DNA of 64,000 bases. Origin: an uncultured delta proteobacterium (GTDB lineage: Bacteria; Desulfobacterota; Binatia; UBA9968). This document shows, in pieces, positions 32,512 to 41,892 of the stretch. How positions within the stretch are numbered: position 1 is the stretch's first letter; each line of letters starts with the position of its first letter. The stretch lies in contig CAVYTU010000007.1 of NCBI GenBank assembly GCA_963771465.1, forward strand, positions 75,223-139,222. The letters run 5' to 3'. The notes beneath the pieces were generated by a model. The model was not told where the DNA came from, did not search any database, and saw nothing but the letters and a program-made list of their open reading frames with translations. The position numbers were made by a program, and so were the translations under genes.

Positions 32512-34779
32512 TTGGCTAGTTTTCGACCCGCAAATCAGGCCCAGCCGATGGAACCCGCGAACCCCGCCAAAGCCGTCGAAGAGCTCCGCAAATACGAAGA
32601 AACCAAACGGCGCAAGCGGGAGGGCATCGTCATCCTGGTGACCTTCCTTTTGGTGGCCGCGCTGATCTTCTTCGAGGTCCAGCTACCGGACGTCTCATCG
32701 GAATATTCGCTCGGCAGCAATATCCTGTTTTTTCTACTCATCAACGTCAACATCATCCTGCTCGGGTTGCTGGCTTTCCTGGTCGTGCGCAACGTAGTCA
32801 AGCTGATCGTCGAGCGCAAACGGCGCATCCTCGGTTCATACTTGCAAGTCCGCTTGGTTTTGGCGTTCGTCGCGCTGTCATTGGTGCCGAGTGTGCTGCT
32901 GTTCGTGATCGCCGGCGGTTTGCTGACCCGCTCCTTCGACCGCTGGTTTGACGCCAAAGTCGAAAGCGCACTGCAAGGTTCCTTGGAAATCGGCCAGACC
33001 TATTATCAAAACTCCGCGAATAACGCGATCTTTTACGCCCGTCAGTTGAGCCGAGCGATCAGCGAAGAAGGGCTCTTCGAGCAAAAGCGCAGCGCGGAGC
33101 TGAAGTCCTTCGTGCAAAGTAAACAGAAGGAATACAATCTCGGTACCGTGGAGATCTTTTCGCCGCAGGGTCAGCCGTTCGTCGTCGCGTTCAACGACAA
33201 GGTGCCGACCGGCGTGACGATCAAGCCGGAGTCGGAGTTTCTCACCCGGGCGCTGCGCGGCCTCGAAGTCACAACCACGCAGGCCTTCGGAGACGCCGAC
33301 GTGATTCGCGGCGGAGCGCCAATCCATGCCAAGGATAAGCGCATTATCGGGGTGGTGGTGGTCGATTACTTCGTGCCGAAAAGTATCAGCAAACGAGCGG
33401 CGCAAATCTCCCAGTCCTATGAAGAGTACAAGTACCTGACGTTTCTCAAAGCGCCCGCGAAGAATAGCTATATTCTCACTCTGCTCTTGATCACTTTGGT
33501 GTTGATCCTGGCGGCGACGTGGTGCGGTATCTATATTTCGCGCGGCATAACCGTGCCGATCCAGAAGCTCGCTGAGGGCACTCACGAAGTCGCCCAGGGC
33601 AATTGGGATTACCAAATCGAGTCGGGCGGTGACGATGAGATGGGCGTGCTGATGAATTCGTTCAATCACATGACCGGCGATCTGAAGCAAATCAAACTGG
33701 AGCTCGAGCGGCGCGGCAAAGTCGTCGAGATGCTGCTCGCCAATATTGCCGCGGGTGTGGTCTCGGTGGACCCGGCGGGCAAGGTCACGACTTGGAATAA
33801 GGCGGCGGAGCAGCTGTTAGGCGTCAAAGCGGCCGACGCGCTGGGAAAAAACTTCCAAGAGGTTTTTCGCGCTGACGCGTTGGCCGGGGTTCGCGAGATC
33901 GCCGACAACGTTCAGGGACACCAGAGCGTCGAGCGCGAAGTAAAAATTCCCATGCCGCAGCAGTTGCTGACGGTGGTGGCCAGCGCGGCGACCTTGCACG
34001 ACGACGACGGGTCGAGTCTCGGCTTCATGATTTTTCTCGAGGATATTACGCAGATTCAAAAAGTGCAGCGCATGGAAGCTTGGCGCGAAGTGGCGCGGCG
34101 CATCGCTCATGAGATCAAAAATCCGTTGACGCCGATTCAATTATCCGCGGAGCGATTGCGCAAGCGCTACGCGGGTATGCTGAAGGAGGACGGCGCGGTC
34201 TTGGACAAGTGCACGACGACGATCATCAAGCAGGTCGATGAACTTAAGAATCTGGTCAATGAATTTTCCCAGTTCGCGCGCCTGCCTGCCGCGCAGCTCA
34301 TGTCGAACGACTTGAACGAAGTGGTCAATGAAGCGTTGTTTCTATTCAAAGAAGGCCACAACGGTATCGATTTTCAATTTCGCCGCGGCGTGATTCCGGC
34401 CGTCGATCTCGATCGGGAGCAAATCAAGCGGGTGTTGATCAACTTGCTGGACAACGCCGTGGCGGCCGTTGACGGCGGCGGCGAAATTAGGTTGGCCACG
34501 GATTACGACCCGGCGCGGGCTATCGTCACCTTGGAAGTCGCCGACAACGGTTGCGGTTTGGCGCCGGAACTGGGCACGAAAATATTCGAGCCTTATTTTT
34601 CGACCAAACAAAATGGCACCGGGCTCGGGTTGACGATTGTGAGCCAGATTATTGAAGATCACCGCGGCTATATTCGCGCGCTGCCGAACCTGCCGCAGGG
34701 AACCCGTTTTTCTATCGAATTGCCCGTTGGAGACGACGCCGAAACGATGGAAATGTCGAAAAAGGTGCTACACTCCTAA
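32512..34779 (+). CDS. ntrY: NtrY-like sensor histidine kinase (TM, periplasmic domain, HAMP, PAS, HisKA, HATPase)
   Basis: AWREVARRIAHEIKNPLTPIQLSAERL, NLLDNA, DNG.G, FEPYFSTK, GTGLGL; start may be 32548. Confidence 0.9.
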   Translation: MASFRPANQAQPMEPANPAKAVEELRKYEETKRRKREGIVILVTFLLVAALIFFEVQLPDVSSEYSLGSNILFFLLINVNIILLGLLAFLVVRNVVKLIVERKRRILGSYLQVRLVLAFVALSLVPSVLLFVIAGGLLTRSFDRWFDAKVESALQGSLEIGQTYYQNSANNAIFYARQLSRAISEEGLFEQKRSAELKSFVQSKQKEYNLGTVEIFSPQGQPFVVAFNDKVPTGVTIKPESEFLTRALRGLEVTTTQAFGDADVIRGGAPIHAKDKRIIGVVVVDYFVPKSISKRAAQISQSYEEYKYLTFLKAPAKNSYILTLLLITLVLILAATWCGIYISRGITVPIQKLAEGTHEVAQGNWDYQIESGGDDEMGVLMNSFNHMTGDLKQIKLELERRGKVVEMLLANIAAGVVSVDPAGKVTTWNKAAEQLLGVKAADALGKNFQEVFRADALAGVREIADNVQGHQSVEREVKIPMPQQLLTVVASAATLHDDDGSSLGFMIFLEDITQIQKVQRMEAWREVARRIAHEIKNPLTPIQLSAERLRKRYAGMLKEDGAVLDKCTTTIIKQVDELKNLVNEFSQFARLPAAQLMSNDLNEVVNEALFLFKEGHNGIDFQFRRGVIPAVDLDREQIKRVLINLLDNAVAAVDGGGEIRLATDYDPARAIVTLEVADNGCGLAPELGTKIFEPYFSTKQNGTGLGLTIVSQIIEDHRGYIRALPNLPQGTRFSIELPVGDDAETMEMSKKVLHS

Positions 34780-34796
34780 ATAGATGCGGAGGAAGG

Positions 34797-36101
34797 GTGC
34801 AAGAGCTGTTGCTGCAAAAGACCATATTGGTCGTCGATGACGAGGACGACGTGCGCGAGTCGGTGCGCGAAGTATTGACCGACGAAGGTTATCGAGTCGT
34901 CGATACCGCCGACGGCACTCGGGTGCTCGAGATGATACGCGCGGAACGGCCGGAGTTGGTGCTCCTCGATATCTGGATGCCGCAAGTCGACGGCATCGGC
35001 TTGCTCAAGGAGATCAAGAGTCAGGAGCCGGAAATCAACGTCGTCATGGTGTCCGGCCATGGCAATATTCATACGGCGGTGACGGCCACCAAATATGGCG
35101 CCTTCGATTTTATCGAAAAGCCGGTATCCCTGGAGGGACTTCTCACAACCGTCCAGCGCGCGTTGGGCGAGTCGCCCGGATTAGAAGCGCAGGAAAAGGC
35201 GGCCAAGGGAGCACGCAAGGCCAAGACGGCGAAGCCAACGAGTTCACGGCCGCAATCCCACAGCGCCGCGCAAACGATCAAACAAAAAACCTTGAAAAAG
35301 AGCGTGGTGCTTTCCGGGCAGGGACTTCATTCCGGTGTTAAGACCGGACTGCTCCTCCATCCATTGCCGCCCGGTAGCGGCATACAATTCACCGGCATCT
35401 CGGCCGATGTCACTGTGCCAGCCCATTTAGACTATGTCGGTTCCACAGGTTACGCGACCACGCTGCGCTCGAAAGGCTTCGCCGTCGGCACTGTGGAACA
35501 TCTGCTCGCGGTGCTGCACTGTTACGGCATCACCAATTTGCTCGTGAAGGTGCAGGGTGAAGTGCCGGTCATGGACGGCTCGGCGTTGGACTTTTGCCAG
35601 GCTATTGACGAGGCCGGTATCGAGGAGGAGGACGCCGAGCTGGCTGAAATCGTCATCGACAAGATCTATCAGTTCGACGCCAAGGGCGGCGAATCGATCT
35701 CGATCAAGCCGGCTGACGAGTTTTCGGTTCACTATGTGCTGCGTTATCCCGCCCCGGTGGGCGAACAAGAATATACCTACCATCATCGCGGCGCGGAGTC
35801 GTTTAGGAGTGAAATCGCACCGGCGCGGACGTTTGGCTTTTTGCGCGATATCGCTAAGCTGCAAAATATGGGACTGGCCAATGGCGGACGGCTCAGTAAT
35901 TTCATTCTCATCGACGATGAAAAAATCGTCAATACCGAATTGCGCTTCCCCGACGAGTTCGCGCGCCATAAAATCCTCGATGTGCTCGGCGATTTTTATT
36001 TGCTTGGCCGGCCCATCCGCGGCGCCATCACCGCGCGTATGACCGGCCACTCGGATAATATCGCGCTGTTGCGGCAGATCCGTGAAGGGATGAAACTTTA
36101 G
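34797..36101 (+). CDS. lpxC: fusion: NtrX-type receiver domain + UDP-3-O-acyl-GlcNAc deacetylase LpxC
   Basis: Receiver: ILVVDDE, LLDIWMP, SGHG, FIEKP. LpxC: QKTL...GLHSG, TVEHLLA, EVP.MDGSA, IAPARTFG, HKILD..GD, TGH. GGAGG RBS before GTG. Confidence 0.93.
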   Translation: MQELLLQKTILVVDDEDDVRESVREVLTDEGYRVVDTADGTRVLEMIRAERPELVLLDIWMPQVDGIGLLKEIKSQEPEINVVMVSGHGNIHTAVTATKYGAFDFIEKPVSLEGLLTTVQRALGESPGLEAQEKAAKGARKAKTAKPTSSRPQSHSAAQTIKQKTLKKSVVLSGQGLHSGVKTGLLLHPLPPGSGIQFTGISADVTVPAHLDYVGSTGYATTLRSKGFAVGTVEHLLAVLHCYGITNLLVKVQGEVPVMDGSALDFCQAIDEAGIEEEDAELAEIVIDKIYQFDAKGGESISIKPADEFSVHYVLRYPAPVGEQEYTYHHRGAESFRSEIAPARTFGFLRDIAKLQNMGLANGGRLSNFILIDDEKIVNTELRFPDEFARHKILDVLGDFYLLGRPIRGAITARMTGHSDNIALLRQIREGMKL

Positions 36102-36149
36102 TACGGCGCCGGCAAGCCAGGCGCGAAACCGTTGGCGAGAGTTATTGCC

Positions 36150-36599
36150 ATGGAAGATTCCGCTCAATACCAGAGACTCTTTACCATCAACGAGGCTAAT
36201 GAACTGCTGCCGGTTCTCCGTCCCTTGGTTGAACAGATTCTCGATAATATTCGGCGGCTAAAAAGCGCGAGCGAAAACGTCATCCGAAGGGAGCAGCTCG
36301 ACCCGGAAGCGCCGGATTTGATGGCGCAGCTCACTCAAGACAGCGAGATTACCCGTCTGGTCGAGCAGGTGAAGCAGTGGGTCGAGACGATCAATGAACA
36401 TGGCTGTCAGTGTAAAGGCGTGGAACAGGGGTTGATCGATTTCCCCTGTGTGTACGGCTCCGAAGTGGTTTTTCTCTGCTGGCAGCTTGGCGAACCGAAC
36501 GTTAGTTTTTGGCATCGCATCGAAGACGGCTTCGCCGGCCGCCGGCCATTGCTCGACGGCGAAAGTTCAGAACCGGAGAGCGGTACGTCTTATCATTGA
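36150..36599 (+). CDS. DUF2203 family protein
   Basis: FT..EAN.LLP, GLIDFP, LCW..GE..V..WH....GF.GRRP. Confidence 0.88.
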   Translation: MEDSAQYQRLFTINEANELLPVLRPLVEQILDNIRRLKSASENVIRREQLDPEAPDLMAQLTQDSEITRLVEQVKQWVETINEHGCQCKGVEQGLIDFPCVYGSEVVFLCWQLGEPNVSFWHRIEDGFAGRRPLLDGESSEPESGTSYH

Positions 36600-36656
36600 C
36601 CTTGGCGACGACGAGTCGCCGGCAAGTTCGATTCTCCACATTGTAGTTATTCCGCC

Positions 36657-37832
36657 ATGAAGCATGCCACGGCGGACAGCGCCAAGTTACTTTCATCGCA
36701 AATCAAGCAGGCAGCCCAGCAGCTCGGCTTCGAACTGGTCGGCATTTCTCCGCTCAAAGCGCCGCTTCACGAGCAGTCCTTCGCCGAGTGGTTACGGCAA
36801 GGCTTGGCCGGCGAGCTCGGCTACATGGAGCGTACCGAAGCGCTCAGGCGCGAGCCGCGCGAGCTGGTTCCCTGGGCCGCGTCGATCGTTTCCGTCGCTC
36901 TCAATTATTATACCGCCTTTGCCCGGCCGCCGATCTCCAAGACGACCAACGGTTGGATATCGCGTTATGCGTGGGGCGACGATTATCATGACTTGATCAA
37001 AACCAAGTTGGCGTCGCTGCTGGAACGCATCAACCGGCTGGCCGGCGCGCCGGTTCAAGGCCGCGCCTTCGTCGACTCCGCGCCGGTCATGGAAAGAGAT
37101 TTGGCCGGGGTCGCCGGCCTCGGTTGGATCGGCAAAAACACTCATCTGATATCGCCAAGAAAAGGCTCGTGGTTTTTCTTAGGCGAGCTGTTCGTCGATC
37201 TGCCGCTGGCGTATGACCGGCCGATCCGCGACCGCTGCGGCAAATGCGATTTGTGTCTTAAAGCCTGCCCGACCAACGCTTTCGTCGGGCCGTACATTCT
37301 CGACGCGCGCCGCTGTATTTCTTATCTAACCATCGAACTTAAAGGCTTCATGCCGCGCCACCTGCGTCCGCTGGTGGGCAATCACATTTTCGGCTGCGAT
37401 ATCTGCCAAGACGTTTGCCCCTATAACGTTAAAGCTCGAGAGACGGCGGAAAATACCTTCGGTCCACGCCCGGGTCTGTACGCGCCGCAACTCATTCCAT
37501 TGCTCTCGCTCAGCGCCGAAGAGTTCCGCCAGCGTTTCCGTGGCAGCCCGATCCGGCGCGCCAAGCGGCGCGGTTTTCTCCGTAACGTTGCCGTCGCGCT
37601 CGGCAACATCGGCAGTGTCGAAGCTGTTCCAGCGTTAGTTTATGCGCTCGATGATAACGAACCGTTGGTGCGCGGCCACGTTGCCTGGGCCTTGGGTCAG
37701 ATTGGATCTACTTTAGCCGTTGCAGCGTTGCAGCGACGGTTGCAACTTGAAACCGATCCGGCAGTGCGCGCTGAGATTGACGCGGCCATCGATCATTTGG
37801 GCGCAGATACCGGCGTGCTCAAGCGCGAATAG
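36657..37832 (+). CDS. queG: epoxyqueuosine reductase
   Basis: SRYAWG.DYH, VDSAPV.ER, GLGWIGKN, CGKC..C...CPT, CISYLTIE, GCDICQ.VCP; HEAT-repeat C-terminus. Confidence 0.95.
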   Translation: MKHATADSAKLLSSQIKQAAQQLGFELVGISPLKAPLHEQSFAEWLRQGLAGELGYMERTEALRREPRELVPWAASIVSVALNYYTAFARPPISKTTNGWISRYAWGDDYHDLIKTKLASLLERINRLAGAPVQGRAFVDSAPVMERDLAGVAGLGWIGKNTHLISPRKGSWFFLGELFVDLPLAYDRPIRDRCGKCDLCLKACPTNAFVGPYILDARRCISYLTIELKGFMPRHLRPLVGNHIFGCDICQDVCPYNVKARETAENTFGPRPGLYAPQLIPLLSLSAEEFRQRFRGSPIRRAKRRGFLRNVAVALGNIGSVEAVPALVYALDDNEPLVRGHVAWALGQIGSTLAVAALQRRLQLETDPAVRAEIDAAIDHLGADTGVLKRE

Positions 37833-38148
37833 CGCGTCGCCTATGCGAGCGCTGATCTTAACTGCTTGAATCAAGCTGTTGTCGCGTCGTCGGCGCGTCG
37901 CTGTAATGTTCGAAATAATTAGGGCACGATGTTTTGCATTTAGAGCTGGACTTCTGTCGATAATTCTTAGTAAAATACGTTAGCGATTTTGGCTTGTCGT
38001 TCCGCACCGGGTTCAGGCTCACGTATACGATTTCGGTTTGTGAGGCTATCGTCGAATTTACCGCACGGACACCAGCGTCAGAGAGAAACTCTCCGCCAAC
38101 CGTTCGCCTCCCTTCCTAATCCGTCCGCAAGCGTCGCGCTGGAGATTT

Positions 38149-39282
38149 ATGATCAGAGTTTTTTGCGCATGGGTGTTTATTGTTGGGTGCTGCGTGCTGT
38201 CAGCTTGCACACCGATCGCGGCGACCCCCTCAGACTCTGGAGAATTTTCAAGGACGGCGGGACTTTTTCCGTATATCGATGGCGCCGCCCAGGGGCTGCA
38301 CACAGAGCTCGACAAACCCGTGAAAAGTACCTTTGCGCTGGAGTTGGGCCGCAAGCTTGTTGAATTCAAAGCGTCTTATATCGAGGAGCGCCCTACCGAC
38401 GTCACTAAGAACGCGACAGCGAATGACAATTCCACAGTACCATCCGGTCGCTACTTCGATCTGCTCGCCAGTTCATCGCGCTTCGATGGCAAACTCATCG
38501 GCGAAAGTGAGATCGCCTACAGCGGCATCTCCGGCGCAGGACTAGCGGATCAACTGCCAACCATGTCACGGCTAACCCTGAGGGGAAATTGGGGAGACGC
38601 CAATTACGGCGCGACTTATCGGACTTTTGGCGGCGGTTTCGTCTCCACCGCCGGACGCCGATTCGACAATCCCCGCGATGAACGAGAGACTTGGGGCGAA
38701 TATGATTTCAAACTGTTCCGCCTCAAAAGCACCCTGGGAGAGTCGTCAGAACGGCAGCCGGATAGCGGGCAATTCACTCTGGCCAAAACCGCCGCCACTT
38801 CTTTGACCTTTAATCGAAGCGGTTGGAGCGCACTCTTATCTTCGAGTTATGCCATCATCGATCAAGACGAAGTTGGCATAGACAAAACGACCGCTTTCAG
38901 TCATGGACTGTCATTCGCTTACCGGCCGACAAGTTTTATAACCATCGAGCCCGGCTTCAACGTCAAGCAAGAATGGAGCAGCGCAACCGGCCTGAAAACA
39001 AACACACCCTCAGGCGGAATCGCTCTGGTGTCCACGCTGTTTCGAGATGTGAGCTTGACCGGCCGGACATCCTACGCCCATGGTTTTAGCGAGGACCCGC
39101 TCAAGGACAACTCAATGTTGAACACGGCGGCGAGTTTCAATTGGAAGCTCGGCAGGTCATTTATTGGCGAACAAGCGTTGTCTTTCCAATTTGAGTACAA
39201 ACACGAAGTGAACGCTAGTTCGGTTACCACGCCAGTATCAGGCTTCACTGGCTTGCTTCAATGGAAGCTTGCCGGGTTTTGA
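38149..39282 (+). CDS. hypothetical exported protein, probable outer-membrane beta-barrel
   Basis: Signal/lipobox-like N-terminus, alternating amphipathic strands, C-terminal Phe. Confidence 0.55.
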   Translation: MIRVFCAWVFIVGCCVLSACTPIAATPSDSGEFSRTAGLFPYIDGAAQGLHTELDKPVKSTFALELGRKLVEFKASYIEERPTDVTKNATANDNSTVPSGRYFDLLASSSRFDGKLIGESEIAYSGISGAGLADQLPTMSRLTLRGNWGDANYGATYRTFGGGFVSTAGRRFDNPRDERETWGEYDFKLFRLKSTLGESSERQPDSGQFTLAKTAATSLTFNRSGWSALLSSSYAIIDQDEVGIDKTTAFSHGLSFAYRPTSFITIEPGFNVKQEWSSATGLKTNTPSGGIALVSTLFRDVSLTGRTSYAHGFSEDPLKDNSMLNTAASFNWKLGRSFIGEQALSFQFEYKHEVNASSVTTPVSGFTGLLQWKLAGF

Positions 39283-39373
39283 TATTCTGATTTTGTAAGT
39301 TCACTTCGCTTGCAGGGTACCCTTTAACCTGACCTTCGTTTCGTGAAGTCGAAATCGGTGGTAGTTTGTTTTA

Positions 39374-39859
39374 GTGAAGCAACCGACGCCGCCGCATTTC
39401 ATTCAGCCGAATCTTTTGGAGCGCGCCGTCAACCATGTTTACGGCTGGTTCGCAACGCTTGGCATCGCGCCGTCTTACAGTTGGTTACTGCGGACCACGG
39501 GACGCAAGACGGGAGTGATTCATTCTACTCCGGTCAATATTCTGGCTTATGACGGGAAATTCTATTTGGTGGGCACCCGTGGCCATACGCAGTGGTCGCG
39601 CAACGCCGCTGTGTTCGGCGAGCTGACTCTGAAACGACGGCAAACGCAGATCACTTGTCGCGTCGCTGTCGTGCCGGAAGAACGGAAAGCCGAGCTTCTT
39701 AAGGCGTATCTTACGCGGTTTAATTGGATGGTGCGGCGCTTTTTCCCGGTTCAAAGCGAAGCGCCGGTATCGGCATTTGCCGCGATCGCGGCGCGCTATC
39801 CCGTCTTTGAACTGCTAGCGTCCGGCCTGCAGAGCGACTTTTTTCCTGGCCGCCTCTAG
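39374..39859 (+). CDS. deazaflavin(F420)-dependent nitroreductase family protein
   Basis: LL.T.GRKTG....TPV, W.RN, YPVF.L. Confidence 0.75.
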   Translation: MKQPTPPHFIQPNLLERAVNHVYGWFATLGIAPSYSWLLRTTGRKTGVIHSTPVNILAYDGKFYLVGTRGHTQWSRNAAVFGELTLKRRQTQITCRVAVVPEERKAELLKAYLTRFNWMVRRFFPVQSEAPVSAFAAIAARYPVFELLASGLQSDFFPGRL

Positions 39860-39927
39860 TAGCCTTTTCATTGATCGATTCGTCAATATCGATTTGACTG
39901 GCGATTAGGGCCCATTATCGATCGCCA

Positions 39928-40350
39928 CTATCGCGGCACGACTTTGAGCGCATCGAGCAAGATTGCCGGTATGCGCGCGACTTTACTGGAGCGGCCGATG
40001 CAGGCGTGTTTGGTCGTGCCGGTGGCTAACAGGCCGTTATTGGATTGACGCGAGATTCGATAACGGAATGACAGCGACGCTCGGCCAAGCTCGGTGAGTT
40101 CAGTTGTGATTTCGATGTCCTCATCGTAGCGCGCTGAGTCGGCGTAACGGCAATTGACCTCAATGACCGGGAAATGAAATCCCTGTTCCTCAATGCGCGA
40201 ATAGGGCAGGCCGATCTGGCGGAGGAATTCTGATCGGCCCTGCTCAAACCAGCGCAGGTAATTAGCGTAATACACTACGCCCATCTGATCGGTGTCGCCG
40301 TAGATGACGCGATAGGTGGTGGTGTTGATGGTTGTTGCGGCTTTGTTCAC
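39928..40350 (-). CDS. YbgC/FadM family acyl-CoA thioesterase
   Basis: RV.YGDTDQMGVVYYANYLRWFEQGR. Confidence 0.92.
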   Translation of the reverse strand: MNKAATTINTTTYRVIYGDTDQMGVVYYANYLRWFEQGRSEFLRQIGLPYSRIEEQGFHFPVIEVNCRYADSARYDEDIEITTELTELGRASLSFRYRISRQSNNGLLATGTTKHACIGRSSKVARIPAILLDALKVVPR

Positions 40351-40528
40351 GACTATTACGTCTAGTGGTTTTTCGCCTGGGACTCAACGTTGCGCTGTGA
40401 TTAAGGCGTTTGTCTTGACAAGTTAAACTCAAGTGTGATTTAAACTTAAAAAAAATTCCGTCGTCACGGCGACAGATCAGCAGCCATCGCTCTGATCAGC
40501 AACGATAAACTCTTAAGGAGGAAGGTGA

Positions 40529-40993
40529 ATGAGCAACATAGCAAAGCATATTTCTTGGCCGGTTAGCGCGTCGTTAGTAGCCGTATTAGCGATCGCGTGC
40601 AGTTCGGTTGACGAAAAACCTGCGCCCCCGCCGGCTGCCCCCGCGGTGGCGCCAAAACCAGCTCCGGCTCCCGCTCCGGCGAAAGCGGAATCGGCAAAGG
40701 CTGAAGCAGCCAAGACGGCTAAGACTAAAGCGGTTGATGTTGAAGGCGTGATCAGCGCGGTCGGGCAGCGCACGATTACCTTTCAAATGGAACGCAAAGG
40801 TAAAGTGCGCGAAGAAGTGGTCGGCGTCGATGACAAGACCAAAATCGAAAAAGCCGGCAACAATGTCAAGCTGGGCGATCTGCAAGCAACCGACAAGGGC
40901 ATGATCAATTACGAGCCGGACGCCTATTCGCCGGCGATTGCGATCAAGATCACCGGCAAAGGCGAGATTCAAAAAATCGGCGGCGACGATTAA
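40529..40993 (+). CDS. lipoprotein with Pro/Ala linker and small OB-fold-like domain
   Basis: AGGAGG RBS; lipobox LAIAC; G.I..V...IT, V.DKTKI...G....LGDL..G/D pattern. Confidence 0.75.
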   Translation: MSNIAKHISWPVSASLVAVLAIACSSVDEKPAPPPAAPAVAPKPAPAPAPAKAESAKAEAAKTAKTKAVDVEGVISAVGQRTITFQMERKGKVREEVVGVDDKTKIEKAGNNVKLGDLQATDKGMINYEPDAYSPAIAIKITGKGEIQKIGGDD

Positions 40994-41892
40994 TTGCGGT
41001 AGCGGTCGGCGCGATCGCCGCCGACAATCTCCAAGTCGAACGACTGCTCATCGCGCAAGATTCTAAACGAGATCCGTTCCCCCGGCCGTTTCTTCCACAT
41101 TTCTTGGTAGAGCGCCTGGCGCGAACGGATCTCTTGTTTTTCCACCGACAAAATAATATCGCCCTGCCGCAAACCGAACTTTGCCGCCGGCCCGTTGGGG
41201 ACGACGCCGCCGATGACGACATGGCCAGCCATCGCTTGTGGATAAAGTCCCAGCCATGGCCGGCGCGGCCGGCTTTGTACTTGGCCGAACTGTTTCAACT
41301 CGCGCTCGTAGTTTAAGTAGTAGTCGACCGGGATAGCGAGGGAAAACTTTCCCACTTCATTCAGATTCAACGACACCACGCCGATCAACTCGCCGCGAAA
41401 GTTAGCCAGGGTGCCGCCGCCGAAACCGGGATTGAACGCGGTCGTGCGAATGGTTTTTTCGATCATGTACTCCCATTCGCCGTCGTAGGATTCCAGCGAC
41501 GAGACATAGCCGCCGCTCACACGCCGGCTGTTTTGGCCGGCGCTGGCGATCATTACCGCCGCTTCGCCAAGCGCGACGCCGTCGGCGGCGGCAAGTTTTA
41601 AGAAGGGCAGGTCGCGCGCGGCGATTTTTATCAGCGATAAACCGGTTTCTTGATCCTGGGCGGCAATTCTTGCCGGATGCTGCTCGCCGTCGGATAGCGT
41701 TACCGTGATCGAAGAAGCGCCGATGGTGACATAATGTACGGTTAGAATGTAGCCGTCGGGATCGATGATCGTCCCCGAACCGACCCGTTCCGAGCCCAGA
41801 TTGCGCGCCGAGGGATGGCTATCCGGGATCTTGACGTTGAGATCCACGGTGGCGGGTAAAATCGAATGAATCAAACCGAGGTGACCGTTCAA
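40990..41892 (-). CDS. S1C/HtrA-like trypsin + PDZ protein lacking catalytic Ser
   Basis: GSGTIID.DGYILT, NPGFGGG (vs NPGNSGG), RPWLG, PA...GLR.GDII; TTG start overlaps upstream stop. Confidence 0.8.
   Translation of the reverse strand: MNGHLGLIHSILPATVDLNVKIPDSHPSARNLGSERVGSGTIIDPDGYILTVHYVTIGASSITVTLSDGEQHPARIAAQDQETGLSLIKIAARDLPFLKLAAADGVALGEAAVMIASAGQNSRRVSGGYVSSLESYDGEWEYMIEKTIRTTAFNPGFGGGTLANFRGELIGVVSLNLNEVGKFSLAIPVDYYLNYERELKQFGQVQSRPRRPWLGLYPQAMAGHVVIGGVVPNGPAAKFGLRQGDIILSVEKQEIRSRQALYQEMWKKRPGERISFRILRDEQSFDLEIVGGDRADRYRN

Noticed and set aside
37921-37940. Sigma54 promoter GGCAC...TTGC
   Set aside because: GG-to-GC spacing is 11 nt rather than the required 10
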